This document shows positions 20,850 to 31,903 of a DNA stretch of 64,000 nucleotides, in pieces (the first letter of the stretch is position 1; each line of letters begins with the position of its first letter). The stretch spans positions 320,001-384,000 of the forward strand of contig JAWXAQ010000027.1 of the NCBI GenBank assembly GCA_034439575.1, read 5' to 3'. The DNA comes from Leptospira sp. Its GTDB lineage: Bacteria; Spirochaetota; Leptospiria; Leptospirales; Leptospiraceae. The notes beneath the pieces are model-generated. The model made no database searches and was not told the DNA's origin. It worked only from the letters and a program-made list of their open reading frames with translations. Both the position numbers and the translations under genes were made by a program.

Positions 20850-22145
20850 ATGAGCATTCCTATTGTAAGGGCGAGCCTCGGTGACGAGACAAGTTACCAA
20901 AAATTCTTAAAATCGGCAAAATCAGATTTATCTGAAGCCACAAAAAAAATTCTACCGATTTTAAAGGATGTGGAATCGGAAGGTGATTCCGCAATCAGAC
21001 GTTATACGGAAAAGTTTGATGGTTTCGCACTGGATACTCTTCTATTAGATCCACAAAACATAGAAGTCAAAGTTCCAGATTCAATAAAAGAAGCATTTCT
21101 CATTGCAAAAAGTAATATTGAAGCATTTCATAAAAAACAAATTCGAGAATCTTGGTCTACAGTCATCGATGGAAATAAGTTAGGTGTTAAATATTCACCG
21201 ATTTCTTCAGTAAGTGTTTATGCTCCCGGTGGAACAGCACTTTATCCATCAAGTGTATTAATGGGTGTTATCCCTGCTATCCTTGCTGGAGTTAAAGACA
21301 TACAATTAGTGACACCACCACAAAAAAATGGATTACCTGATATTTTGATCTGGCTTTCACAGATTTTAGGAATCCAAAGAATTGTAACAGTTGGTGGAGC
21401 GCAAGGAATAGCTGCAGTTGCTTATGGGACTGAATCTATCCCGAAATCAGAGTTTATCGTCGGACCGGGTAACGTATATGTGGCGGCAGCAAAATCATAT
21501 TTGGCTGGCATTGGACTCATTGGCATAGAAAGTCCCGCTGGACCTTCTGAAGTTTGTATCATTGCGGATGATTCAGCTAACCCGATGTGGATCGCCTGTG
21601 ATATGTTATCTCAAGCCGAACATGGAGAAGATTCTTCGGCAATTTTACTGACTACAAATGAATCGCTTGCAAATTCTGTTTCTATAGAGTTAGAAAAGGC
21701 ATTTATAAATCGCACAAAACGTTTGGATATGAAAAAGAAAGCCATTTATGAAAACTCTTGTATTCTCATATTTGATTCTATAGAAGAATGTGTTTCGTTT
21801 TCTAATTTACTTGCCCCTGAACATTTAGAAATCCAAACTAAAGATCCCAATCATACATTTGAAGGTATAGAACATGCGGGTTCTGTATTCCTTGGACCAT
21901 ATTCTCCTGTGGCCATGGGAGATTATATCAGTGGAACAAATCATATTTTACCCACAGCTAGAGGAAGTAGAATTTATTCTTCACTTGGAGTGGATACATT
22001 TTTAAAACGAATCACTTACCAAGAAATTTCCAAAGAATCAATAAACAGATTGTATCCATATGTAAAACTTATGTCGGAACTAGAAGGTTTAGACGAAGAG
22101 CATGGTACAAGCGTTAGAGTTAGATATGAAGAAGGTGGAATTTGA
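20850..22145 (+). CDS. hisD: Histidinol dehydrogenase
   Basis: YAPGG, AGPSEV, LSQAEHG, APEHLE and GDYISGTNHILPT. ATG at 20850 preferred. Confidence 0.97.
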   Translation: MSIPIVRASLGDETSYQKFLKSAKSDLSEATKKILPILKDVESEGDSAIRRYTEKFDGFALDTLLLDPQNIEVKVPDSIKEAFLIAKSNIEAFHKKQIRESWSTVIDGNKLGVKYSPISSVSVYAPGGTALYPSSVLMGVIPAILAGVKDIQLVTPPQKNGLPDILIWLSQILGIQRIVTVGGAQGIAAVAYGTESIPKSEFIVGPGNVYVAAAKSYLAGIGLIGIESPAGPSEVCIIADDSANPMWIACDMLSQAEHGEDSSAILLTTNESLANSVSIELEKAFINRTKRLDMKKKAIYENSCILIFDSIEECVSFSNLLAPEHLEIQTKDPNHTFEGIEHAGSVFLGPYSPVAMGDYISGTNHILPTARGSRIYSSLGVDTFLKRITYQEISKESINRLYPYVKLMSELEGLDEEHGTSVRVRYEEGGI

Positions 22146-22999
22146 AAGTCGCTCACAATATAGAAGAATTGAGACTATCAATTAATGATTGGAAAAAAGA
22201 ATCTGAGAGCATAGGTTTTGTACCGACCATGGGTTTTTTACATGAAGGTCATATGGAACTAATGAAAGTTTCAAAACAACAAACTTCCAAGACAGTTGTT
22301 TCCATATTTGTAAATCCAACACAATTCAACGATCCAGAAGATTATCTTAAGTATCCCTTGGATATTGAAGGTGATTTAAAAAAATGTGAAGATAGTGGAG
22401 TTAATTTAGTTTTCCTTCCAACAAAAGAAGTTATTTATCCTGAAGATAAAGGTACAATCATTCTAAATCAACCAGAACTACAGAAAAATTTATGTGGTCG
22501 CACAAGGCCCGGTCACTTCGAAGGAGTTATGTTAGTCGTAGCAAAATTATTCCATTTGGTATCGCCAGACAAAGGATTTTTTGGATTAAAAGATTACCAA
22601 CAATTTCGAATCATAGAAGATATGGTTCGATTGTTAAGTTTTCCCATTCAAATTATAGGGGTTCCCACATTTCGCGAATTAGATGGACTTGCAATGAGTT
22701 CAAGGAACGTAAGGTTAAGCCAAAAGGAAAGAGAAACTGCATCTCTAATCCCTCGGATGTTCGCTATGGCAGAACGTTTAGTTCAAGGTGGGGAAACAAA
22801 TTTACGCGTGTTAAAAGAGATACTCGCAGACTTTTTGCTTTCCGCATCAAATTTAAAAATAGATTATTTAGAGACAGTTGACCCAATTTCATTACAAGAA
22901 ATTTTTGACATTAAGGAAAGTTTCCTTTTAGCTACTGCAGTTTTTATTGGCAACACACGACTAATCGATAATAAAATTCTTTCACCCGGAATCAAATAA
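22142..22999 (+). CDS. panC: Pantoate--beta-alanine ligase
   Basis: FVPTMGFLHEGH, RPGHFEGV, GLKDYQQ, DGLAMSSRN and RLIDN. Confidence 0.98.
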   Translation: MKVAHNIEELRLSINDWKKESESIGFVPTMGFLHEGHMELMKVSKQQTSKTVVSIFVNPTQFNDPEDYLKYPLDIEGDLKKCEDSGVNLVFLPTKEVIYPEDKGTIILNQPELQKNLCGRTRPGHFEGVMLVVAKLFHLVSPDKGFFGLKDYQQFRIIEDMVRLLSFPIQIIGVPTFRELDGLAMSSRNVRLSQKERETASLIPRMFAMAERLVQGGETNLRVLKEILADFLLSASNLKIDYLETVDPISLQEIFDIKESFLLATAVFIGNTRLIDNKILSPGIK

Positions 23000-23003
23000 T
23001 ACT

Positions 23004-26000
23004 TTGAAAGCATACTTTACTCTCGCGAACGATTCTCTTGATTACAAAGAGATTTTAAAACAGTATTCTAAACATCGAATCAATATTAGTGGGATCGGTG
23101 ACTATGGTGGGTCTCTTTTAGCATCGCAAATATTTTATCAATTAAAAGGCGACGAACATAAATTAGTTGTCTTGGCAACAAATTCTGATGCCGAAGCATT
23201 TTGTCGGGAACTTTTATCATACGTAGATTCTGAGGATATATTTTATTTTCCAGGTCCAGAAAATATTCCCTACGAATATACAAAATGGCAACCAGAATGG
23301 AAGCGGGATCGAATCTTAACGATCAACAGAATTTTCAGCAACAAAAAAGCTATGATTGTCACTTCCGTGGCAGGAATTCTTAGAAAAATTCCAGAAAAAA
23401 AGAGCCTTACAGGAAAATCCATCATCCTCAAACAAGGAAATGATTATTCATTAGAGAAATTGGCTTTGGACCTAGTCCGATTAGGTTACCAAAGAGAAGA
23501 GGTCTGTGAACAATTTGGCCAGTTTAGTTTAAAAGGTGGGATATTGGATATCTACACACCTTACTTAAGTTATCCGGTCAGAATGGATTTTTTTGGTGAT
23601 ACCTTAGATGAACTAAGAACCTTTGATCCAAATACACAAAAATCAATTCAAAAAATTGAAGAAATTATTATTACTGCGGCAAATGAATTGGTATTTTCTA
23701 AACAAGAGTTAGATGCCTATCGAGAAAAACTTATCCACGAAGAATCGAAACGAATTCCTATCGAAGACGAGACCTCTATCTTAGAAGAACTTTTTCCCTT
23801 AGTTCGTAAACACGATGGTTTACTTAGTTTATTTGAAAAAGAGCCCATTATCATTTATCCGAAAGTTTCGGAAACCAGGGAACGAGCCTTTGGAATGAAA
23901 CGAGAATATGAGACTCTCTATGCTAAAAAATCTGATGAGGCAATTTGTTTAAATCCGATAAGTCTTTTATCATTTGATTTAGAATGGGATCACTTAACAG
24001 AAGACAGTTTGCCTGGAATTCAATTTTCTTTATTACCAGATAATGAATATAATTTTGAATGTTTTTCCATTAAAGAGGTAAAGAGCTTTCGTGGTAAAAT
24101 CAGAGAAGCCAAAGATCATTTTGATGAATTGTTAGCTGGCGATACATTACATAAAATACTAATTACCTCTTCTTTTTCGGCACAAATGATGCGATTACAA
24201 GGTCTTTTTCCTGGTGAAAATATTCCTATCATCAATCCAGATTCCGAAGAGCCAAATTTACTTCCACTAACTGACTTGAAACCAGGAATATATTTATCTC
24301 TCTCTGATATTCGAAAAGGATACGAGCTCACCGAAGAGAATTTATATATTTTTACTGACAATGATCTATTCGGGCGTCAGTACAAACGAAAGTCTCGTTA
24401 TAAAAAACAATCGTCACGAATGATTGAATCTTTCATTGATTTGAAAGAAGGTGATTATGTTGTCCATGTCAATCATGGAGTGGGTAAATTTGTAAAAATT
24501 GAGCGAACAAAGGCAGATGGAAAAGAAAGAGATTTTCTAAAATTAGAATATTCTGCGGGCGATACTCTTTTTGTTCCTTTAGATCAGATATCACTGGTTC
24601 AAAAATATATTGGGGGCACTGACTCACCAAGGTTAGATACATTAGGTAAAAACTCTTGGAAAAAGGCAAAAGAAAGAGTTCAAGCAAGTGTCGATAAATT
24701 AGCCGAAGAACTCGTGTTAATGTATTCCAATCGATTGAAATTGAACGGGTTTCCCTTTCCTCCTGATACAATTTGGCAAGAAGAATTTGAAGCCGCATTT
24801 GAATTTGAAGAAACACCTGATCAAATCTCTGCGATTGAAGCCGTCAAACAAGACTTAGAGTCAGAAAGGCCGATGGATCGTTTGGTTTGTGGTGATGTGG
24901 GTTATGGAAAAACGGAAGTAGCCATTCGCGCTGCATTCAAAGTGATAATGGCTGGTAAACAAGTGATGTTACTCACGCCAACAACCATACTCGCCTTACA
25001 ACATTTTAATACATTTAAATCTAGGTATGAAAATTACCCGATCCGCATCGGTTTTGTTTCCAGGTTTCGCACAGCCTCAGAAGTGAGGGCTGATTTGAAA
25101 TTGTTTACAGAAGGAAAAATTGATATGTTGATTGGTACACATGCAATTCTTTCTTCAAAAGTAAAACCAAAAAATCTAGGTTTACTCGTTATTGACGAAG
25201 AACAGAAGTTTGGCGTAACTCATAAAGAATCTATTAAAAAATTCAAACAATTAGTGGATGTTTTGACACTCACAGCCACTCCCATCCCAAGAACCTTACA
25301 TATGGCTCTCACTGGCATACGAGAATTATCCATCATTTCAACGCCACCCAAAAACAGACAAAGTGTGGAAACCTATGTATTGGAAGAAGATGATACTCTA
25401 ATTCAAGAAGCAATCCGTAAAGAAATAGCGCGCGGAGGACAGGTTTTTTATTTATATAACCGAGTTGAGTCCATTGAAGAAGAAGCAAGTTACATACGAA
25501 CCCTTGTTCCCGAAGTAGCTATCGGAATTTTACATGGCCAGCTAACAGAAGATGAAATCGAGGAAACATTAGTAGATTTTTATAATCGAAAATACGATAT
25601 TCTTGTTACTACTACAATCATTGAATCTGGTATTGATATGCCAAATGTCAATACCTTGATTGTGAAACGAGCAGATATGTTTGGTTTGTCCCAATTGTAC
25701 CAAATACGAGGTAGGGTGGGTAGAAGTGATAGAAAGGCCTATGCCTATCTATTTTATCCTTCAAAGAATCTGATTACCGAAGTTGCTGAAAAAAGATTGA
25801 ACACGATCTTCGAATACCAAGAACTAGGATCGGGTTTTAAAGTGGCTATGCGAGATTTGGAAATTAGAGGTGCTGGAAATCTACTTGGTCGGGAACAATC
25901 TGGCGATATCATGGAAGTCGGCTTTGATCTATATGTAAAAATGTTAGAAGAAGCAATTTCTAAAGTTAAAGGGGAAGCAGTTGAAGTTGAAGTTCGAACA

Positions 26001-26456
26001 GCCGTTAACCTGAAGTCAAATTTTTATATTCCAGATTCCTATATTCCTGATACAAAACAAAAAATTGAATTTTATAAACGATTTGAAGGTGCAAGTGATT
26101 TAGATGATATCGCAGAATTGACTCTGGAAATGGAAGATCGATTTGGTGAATTACCTGCTATCGCTAAAACGTTTGTAGAACTTGAAAAGATTCGAACTCT
26201 TTCTTCTCGTTTGGGTTTTGAATCTGTATCGGAAAAAACATCCGAAGTTGTGTTTAAATGTGGAACATACTTTCGAGGGGACCCTGCACGGATCATCCAG
26301 GGTTTGTCAAAATTTGATGGCTTAATCATTCATCCGCAAGAACCGTCAATTTTGCGTTATTCGATCAGTGAAGTGGATGATCTGAAAAAAATATCAAAAT
26401 TACTAGCACTTTTAGCTTTCCTTTCGGAACCCATAAGCGATGGTCCAAAAAAGTGA
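23004..26456 (+). CDS. mfd: Transcription-repair coupling factor
   Basis: CarD/RID domain ([12 protein letters not shown]), [40 protein letters not shown] and the TRCF C-terminal domain. Confidence 0.98.
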   Translation: MKAYFTLANDSLDYKEILKQYSKHRINISGIGDYGGSLLASQIFYQLKGDEHKLVVLATNSDAEAFCRELLSYVDSEDIFYFPGPENIPYEYTKWQPEWKRDRILTINRIFSNKKAMIVTSVAGILRKIPEKKSLTGKSIILKQGNDYSLEKLALDLVRLGYQREEVCEQFGQFSLKGGILDIYTPYLSYPVRMDFFGDTLDELRTFDPNTQKSIQKIEEIIITAANELVFSKQELDAYREKLIHEESKRIPIEDETSILEELFPLVRKHDGLLSLFEKEPIIIYPKVSETRERAFGMKREYETLYAKKSDEAICLNPISLLSFDLEWDHLTEDSLPGIQFSLLPDNEYNFECFSIKEVKSFRGKIREAKDHFDELLAGDTLHKILITSSFSAQMMRLQGLFPGENIPIINPDSEEPNLLPLTDLKPGIYLSLSDIRKGYELTEENLYIFTDNDLFGRQYKRKSRYKKQSSRMIESFIDLKEGDYVVHVNHGVGKFVKIERTKADGKERDFLKLEYSAGDTLFVPLDQISLVQKYIGGTDSPRLDTLGKNSWKKAKERVQASVDKLAEELVLMYSNRLKLNGFPFPPDTIWQEEFEAAFEFEETPDQISAIEAVKQDLESERPMDRLVCGDVGYGKTEVAIRAAFKVIMAGKQVMLLTPTTILALQHFNTFKSRYENYPIRIGFVSRFRTASEVRADLKLFTEGKIDMLIGTHAILSSKVKPKNLGLLVIDEEQKFGVTHKESIKKFKQLVDVLTLTATPIPRTLHMALTGIRELSIISTPPKNRQSVETYVLEEDDTLIQEAIRKEIARGGQVFYLYNRVESIEEEASYIRTLVPEVAIGILHGQLTEDEIEETLVDFYNRKYDILVTTTIIESGIDMPNVNTLIVKRADMFGLSQLYQIRGRVGRSDRKAYAYLFYPSKNLITEVAEKRLNTIFEYQELGSGFKVAMRDLEIRGAGNLLGREQSGDIMEVGFDLYVKMLEEAISKVKGEAVEVEVRTAVNLKSNFYIPDSYIPDTKQKIEFYKRFEGASDLDDIAELTLEMEDRFGELPAIAKTFVELEKIRTLSSRLGFESVSEKTSEVVFKCGTYFRGDPARIIQGLSKFDGLIIHPQEPSILRYSISEVDDLKKISKLLALLAFLSEPISDGPKK

Positions 26457-26525
26457 TAGACGTAACAAAGAATCGTTTTTTAACATCATACCAAATATAA
26501 ATTCTTACCCTGCGGAAAACTTTGC

Positions 26526-27215
26526 ATGTCTAAAAACCTCTTACTTATTACACTTTTTACCCTTACGCCCTTTTTTATTAATTGTGGTGATACAAGTCCA
26601 GTGATTGAATCGCTAGATGGTCATAAAATTACTGTCAAAGAATTTGAAACTGCTTATGATACAGCTTTAGATTCTATCAGCCGATTGCAAAATATTGAGA
26701 AAAAAACTCTATTAGAGTTTGTTGAAAAAGAGATTGCAGAAGTTCCTCAACAATTCCAAGAATTGAACTACCAATTGCAAAAAAAGAATTTTTACTTAAC
26801 TTACCGCCAAATGTTAATGACAAAGTTGGTTGCGGAAAAGAAAGGATATTACTCTAGACCAGACGTGCAAGAAGTACTCAAACAAGTTGAAATGCAAACC
26901 ATAGCTCAAATGTATGTTTCTGAGCAAGTGGAGAAAAAAATCCAAATCACAGAACAACAAGCAAAATCTGAGTGCGAACGACTTCGTGGCCTTGATAAAA
27001 ATATTGCTTCTTTAACAATTGATAAATGTTTACAATTTGCAAAAGCGCAATTAAAGAGTGCTCAAACAAGAGAACAGTTGCCACTTGTTGTGGAAAGAAT
27101 CAAAGAAGAAGTTATCATCAAACGAAATGATAAATTTGACTTAGATGCATATCTTGCCCCTAAGAAAAAATCTGTCGAAACACCAGAAGCTGAAAGCACG
27201 CCTGCCGGAAAGTAA
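26526..27215 (+). CDS. lipL31: Lipoprotein LipL31-like (SurA-N-like chaperone fold)
   Basis: Lipobox FINC followed by GDTSPVIESLDGHKIT; position right after mfd. Recognised from memory of Leptospira LipL31. Confidence 0.75.
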   Translation: MSKNLLLITLFTLTPFFINCGDTSPVIESLDGHKITVKEFETAYDTALDSISRLQNIEKKTLLEFVEKEIAEVPQQFQELNYQLQKKNFYLTYRQMLMTKLVAEKKGYYSRPDVQEVLKQVEMQTIAQMYVSEQVEKKIQITEQQAKSECERLRGLDKNIASLTIDKCLQFAKAQLKSAQTREQLPLVVERIKEEVIIKRNDKFDLDAYLAPKKKSVETPEAESTPAGK

Positions 27216-27217
27216 GT

Positions 27218-28066
27218 CTGGATAATCATTTAAATGCATTCCTCCGTGGGGTTTTAGAAGCCGTCACGGAGTTTTTACCTGTATCTTCTACGGGTCACTT
27301 ATACTTTTTTAGTTATTTTTTCCCCTTTCAAGGACTCGGCGAAATCAGCGAATCCTTTGAAGACCTTTATGATATCTTTATCCAATCAGGCGCGATCCTT
27401 TCCGTTTTATTTCTCTACTATAAAAAGTTTTTTCTGCATGCAAAAGAATCCATATCTTATCTTAAGGGAAATGTTTCGGATAAAGTTGGTTTTGATTTTT
27501 ATAGAAATATCTTAATAGGCATTATTCCTATCATATTACTTGGGTTTGGTTTCAAATCAATTTTGGATACCGTCAAACAAAGCCAGAACCTATTATTGAT
27601 CCTTGGTCTATCATGGTTAATTGGTGGATTGATTATGATTGGCGTCGAAATTTGGCGTGAATCAAAATCGGAAGAAGAAACAACGCATATTGTTGGGATA
27701 AAGGATGCGATATTGATTGGTTTCTTTCAATGTTTTGCACTCATACCCGGAGTATCTAGATCAGCTGCTACAATCGTCACCGCGAGAATGTTAGGTGTCT
27801 CAAAAAAAGATTCGGCAGAATTTTCCTTTTTTTTGGCTTTGCCAGTATTGACCTTAGCTGGTCTTTATAAGCTTTATAAACATAGAGCCATCTTAAATAC
27901 CGAAACGATTGGTATTCTGATTTTTGGCTCTCTTGTTTCTTTTTTAATATGTTATTTTATTATAAAGCTTTTCATCGCATTTTTAAGAAGGAGAAGCTTT
28001 TTATCTTTTGGAATTTATAGAATGATTCTCGGGACACTTGTGACTCTTTATTTTATTAACAAATAG
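27218..28066 (+). CDS. uppP: Undecaprenyl-diphosphate phosphatase (BacA/UppP) with a probable CTG start
   Basis: The frame is open from CTG 27218 and includes LEAVTEFLPVSSTGHL, which the ORF track missed, as well as PGVSRS and AEFSFFLALP. 282 aa. Confidence 0.93.
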   Translation: MDNHLNAFLRGVLEAVTEFLPVSSTGHLYFFSYFFPFQGLGEISESFEDLYDIFIQSGAILSVLFLYYKKFFLHAKESISYLKGNVSDKVGFDFYRNILIGIIPIILLGFGFKSILDTVKQSQNLLLILGLSWLIGGLIMIGVEIWRESKSEEETTHIVGIKDAILIGFFQCFALIPGVSRSAATIVTARMLGVSKKDSAEFSFFLALPVLTLAGLYKLYKHRAILNTETIGILIFGSLVSFLICYFIIKLFIAFLRRRSFLSFGIYRMILGTLVTLYFINK

Positions 28067-28068
28067 AT

Positions 28069-30636
28069 CTAACTAAGCTTTTTCTCTAATCGTTGTAAGT
28101 CTCTATTTTCAGGTTGGTCTTTTAAAGAAACCTTTAGTAAATTCATGGCCTTGGATTTGTTTTCCGTTTTGGCATATAAAAATATTAGATTGATATTGTT
28201 CTTTATGTGTTTCGGATTTCTTACCTTTAATCTTTCTGCCCAGGAAATTGCTTTCTGGTAATGGTCATTCTTCGAATAGGTCAGAGTCAGCATTAAAAAT
28301 AATTCTTCGCGGTCAGGTCTGATATTAACTGCAGTTTCTAAATATTTAGTGGCATTTTTCCAATCTTTTTCACGGAAGTATATTTTGCCTAACAACTGAT
28401 ATATGCTATGATGTTCTGGATAATGATTCAAAAGGTTTAAAAGTATTGTCTTAGCTTCTCTGAAATCTTCCTTCCTTGATAGATTTTTAGCAATCGTGAA
28501 TTTATTTAGGCTATCTTCGTCAAATTGTGGCTTTGATTTTCCATCGAAGGAAATTTTAATTAATGTTAAATCATCTGTAATATCGCCAAAAGATTCGATT
28601 TGTTTAACTATATCGTCTAAATTAGCATGGGAAGATTCTATCCATTTGAGTATCAGTGTTTCGTCTTCATTGATGATACGATTGCCTGATTGTTCTGTGC
28701 CAGGTAGAGCAATATCATCTCTTCCATCCGATCCACAAATAAGGATATCTCCCGCATACAATTGGTATGTTTTAATGGAAAAATTTTGGTCGTTTTTCGG
28801 AAAGCCGAGTTTTCTCAACCACAATTCATTTTCAATAAAAGAAGCTTTTCCATCTCGATACAATATGGTCCAAGGATGTTCTGCATTTATATAATATAAA
28901 TAGCCACTGTCTTCTTCAACAAGTCCTAGGGCAATCGACGTTAACATCGAACCATCGAAACTTTCAAATGTCATTTGTAATTCTAAGAATAAATCACGTA
29001 ACCAAAGTTCGGGGGATGTGTTGTCTTGTTCGCTTACTTTTGTTCTAGCTAAAACTGCATGAAATACGACTCCGAGAACCAGGGCACCGCCCGCACCCTG
29101 AATGGACTTACCCATAGCATCGCCATTGATAAAAACAGTGTACAATTTATCGCCTAATTTAATGTTATTTGAAATACAGATATCGCCGCCAATTTCTGTT
29201 TTTCTTCCGCGAAATTCGAAATGCTTTTTTTGGCGTGTGAAAAATGAGGTTTTTACAATTTTGCTTTTGTTATCGTTTCTTGCTAAAGGATTAATCAATA
29301 AGGAAGTTAAAAAATAATCTCCATCCTGTTGTTCTTTTAGGAGATTGACTTGTGTTAAGGTGGAGTTTAATGCCTCGGTTCTGTCTGCGACTTTCTTTTC
29401 TAGATTTTTATTTAAGTCCTCCACTTCTTCGTTCAATTTAACAAAACTATTGGCAAGGATAGTCGCCAAACTGACAATAAATGCTAAAAAAGCATAACCT
29501 AAAATTCTAGGAAAAACAAATATCCCACGTGTGGATAAAATATCCAGTAAACTTGCGACGAGAACTACTAACATACCTATTAGAATCAAACCTGCTTGTT
29601 TGTCTTTTTCTCGGGTCTTTTTTAATAAATAATAAAGTATAATTACAACATAAAAGATCCAAGTGGGTTGAATTATCTTATTCATCATCCAATTGTTAAT
29701 TTCAATATTTGATGTAATAAGGAAAAAAAGGAAAAAACAAATTTGTAAACCGTCAATTATTTTAAATAAGAGCAAATATTTGAAATCAAATAATTTACGA
29801 ATGAAATGAAACATAAAAGGGATGAGAGTTAAAAGAATCATATATTCAACTTTCTTCATATATAAGAAAGGAATTCCGAATTCATATTTGATTTGATTGC
29901 GTAGCAAATTGTAAAAGACGAGACCGATAGAAAATAGGGCAAAAAATAGATTTTCGGATTCTCTGCGCCTTCTAATAAACAAAAATAAAAAATAACCACC
30001 TACTGTTAGATATACGACAAGGAACAGTAGTTTGGTGAATTCTTCAAAATAGAATTTTTTCATCATTTGAGATGATTTTCCTAATGAAGTACTGTCTTGT
30101 TCAACTCCTACCGTATAATCAAAGTATGGTTGAATATGAACCATAATTAAATTTGTCTCGCCATAATTGATCAATTGATTTGGGATAGGATAAAGACGGA
30201 TGCGATCATAACTTTGAGGTTCATGAGCATCCCATTTCCCTGTTTCAGCAATCTTAACACCATTCCAATAGAATTTATCTCTATCATTGATAACACCAAG
30301 ACGAATCGAAATATTGCCCTGGTTATCCTTAGGCATTCTTATCCACTTAGCAAGAAGTATGTTTTTTTTGCCCTGAAACTCAGGTGCTTCCTTTGCAATA
30401 TTTCCAGGCACTTTGACAGTTTTCCAAAGTGATTTATCAAACGGGGCTAAGCTTTGTTTTTTAATTTCAGATTCAGAGAGTTCTCCCGTAAAAACATACC
30501 AAGCAGAATCTTGATTTTCATTGGAATCTAGGCTGACAGGAGATTCTAAATTTGTAACCTGGAAGGTATTGGGTTTCTCTTCTGAAGAAAGACTGTAATT
30601 GAATAACAGGAAAAGAATCAAAAAATATTTTGTCAT
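28069..30636 (-). CDS. 7TM-DISM-type membrane sensor with SpoIIE/PP2C phosphatase and TPR tail
   Basis: Extracellular jelly-roll-like region (WKTVKVPGN, LGVINDRD...NG), about 7 TM helices, then IGGD, GDAMGK, NAEHP, GSDGRDD and DDLT, followed by C-terminal TPRs. Confidence 0.85.
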   Translation of the reverse strand: MTKYFLILFLLFNYSLSSEEKPNTFQVTNLESPVSLDSNENQDSAWYVFTGELSESEIKKQSLAPFDKSLWKTVKVPGNIAKEAPEFQGKKNILLAKWIRMPKDNQGNISIRLGVINDRDKFYWNGVKIAETGKWDAHEPQSYDRIRLYPIPNQLINYGETNLIMVHIQPYFDYTVGVEQDSTSLGKSSQMMKKFYFEEFTKLLFLVVYLTVGGYFLFLFIRRRRESENLFFALFSIGLVFYNLLRNQIKYEFGIPFLYMKKVEYMILLTLIPFMFHFIRKLFDFKYLLLFKIIDGLQICFFLFFLITSNIEINNWMMNKIIQPTWIFYVVIILYYLLKKTREKDKQAGLILIGMLVVLVASLLDILSTRGIFVFPRILGYAFLAFIVSLATILANSFVKLNEEVEDLNKNLEKKVADRTEALNSTLTQVNLLKEQQDGDYFLTSLLINPLARNDNKSKIVKTSFFTRQKKHFEFRGRKTEIGGDICISNNIKLGDKLYTVFINGDAMGKSIQGAGGALVLGVVFHAVLARTKVSEQDNTSPELWLRDLFLELQMTFESFDGSMLTSIALGLVEEDSGYLYYINAEHPWTILYRDGKASFIENELWLRKLGFPKNDQNFSIKTYQLYAGDILICGSDGRDDIALPGTEQSGNRIINEDETLILKWIESSHANLDDIVKQIESFGDITDDLTLIKISFDGKSKPQFDEDSLNKFTIAKNLSRKEDFREAKTILLNLLNHYPEHHSIYQLLGKIYFREKDWKNATKYLETAVNIRPDREELFLMLTLTYSKNDHYQKAISWAERLKVRNPKHIKNNINLIFLYAKTENKSKAMNLLKVSLKDQPENRDLQRLEKKLS

Positions 30637-30695
30637 GTTAGAGTGTTGTCATCTGGCAAAGCATGAAATAAAGAAACCATAGACATTAGATATAT

Positions 30696-31868
30696 ATGTA
30701 CATTAAGTTAAAAAAAGCAAAAGAAAAAGCAGTTTTAAATTTTCATCCATGGATTTTTTCAGGAGCAATCCATGAAGTAGAAAAAGGGATAAAATCTGGT
30801 GATACAGTTAAAGTTCTTTCACATGAAGGGCAATTTCTGGCTTACGGACACTTTGATCCTTCCAGTCAAATCAGAGTAAGGTGCTTTTCTTATCTTGAGA
30901 ATGAGTCTGATGAAACACCAGAATTTTGGCTAAAGAGATGGCGTGAAATATATAAAAGAAAAATTGATTCCTTTATAGATACAGAGAATACTGGATTTCG
31001 TTTTTTATATTCCGAAGGTGATATGTCGCCCGGATTTATTGTAGATTGTTATGATCAATCAGCTGTATTTTTTTGTCGAACACCAGGAAGCATTCGTCAC
31101 AAACAGACATTAGTTTCCCTTTTAATAGAATTAGGATTCAATAACATTCTTGAAAAAGAATCTAAAAACGAATCAGATGAAGTGATCAATGCGATCTTTC
31201 ATAAAGGTCATGACAAAAAGGTAGTTTTCGTAGAACATGGCTTACGTTATTATTCAGATTTGGAATTTGGCCAAAAGACTGGTTTCTTTTTGGACCAAAG
31301 AGAAAATCGAAAATTACTAGGAAGTTATGCGAAAGGAAAAATTGTATTAAATGCATTTGCCTATTCAGGTGCATTTTCAGTTTGTGCCTTAAAGAATAAG
31401 GCAGAGATGGTACATAGTTTAGATATTTCATCTCAGGCGATAGCCTTAACGGAAGAAAATTTAGATTTAAATTTTGATCAATCGTTTATCGAAAGTAAAC
31501 ACAAAAGTATCGTTAAAGATTGTTTTGTGTTTTTAAAAGAAATGAAAATGGATGAATATGATTTGATTATTTTAGATCCACCTGCCTTTACAAAAAATAT
31601 TTCAACTGTCAACCAAGCAGCTCGTGGTTATAAAGAGATCAATATGAAGGCCATTTCAAAAATCAAAAAGGGTGGGATCATATTTACTTTTTCTTGCTCG
31701 CAACACATTTCCTCTGACCTTTTTCGCAAAATCATTTTTGGTGCTGCTAAAGATACAGGTCGTCCAGTGAAGGTTCTTCACCAAATGAGCCAGGCAAGCG
31801 ATCACGCTTTTTCTATCTATCATCCTGAGGGTGAATACTTGAAAGGGCTTGTGATTCAAGTTGATTAA
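30696..31868 (+). CDS. rlmI: RlmI-like class I SAM-dependent rRNA m5C methyltransferase
   Basis: PUA-like HPWIFSG, GQKTGFFLDQRENR, IILDPPAF, FSCS and HPEGEYLKG. Confidence 0.85.
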   Translation: MYIKLKKAKEKAVLNFHPWIFSGAIHEVEKGIKSGDTVKVLSHEGQFLAYGHFDPSSQIRVRCFSYLENESDETPEFWLKRWREIYKRKIDSFIDTENTGFRFLYSEGDMSPGFIVDCYDQSAVFFCRTPGSIRHKQTLVSLLIELGFNNILEKESKNESDEVINAIFHKGHDKKVVFVEHGLRYYSDLEFGQKTGFFLDQRENRKLLGSYAKGKIVLNAFAYSGAFSVCALKNKAEMVHSLDISSQAIALTEENLDLNFDQSFIESKHKSIVKDCFVFLKEMKMDEYDLIILDPPAFTKNISTVNQAARGYKEINMKAISKIKKGGIIFTFSCSQHISSDLFRKIIFGAAKDTGRPVKVLHQMSQASDHAFSIYHPEGEYLKGLVIQVD

Positions 31869-31903
31869 TGTAGAATGACTTTCAATCCTGGACAGAACTT
31901 CCT

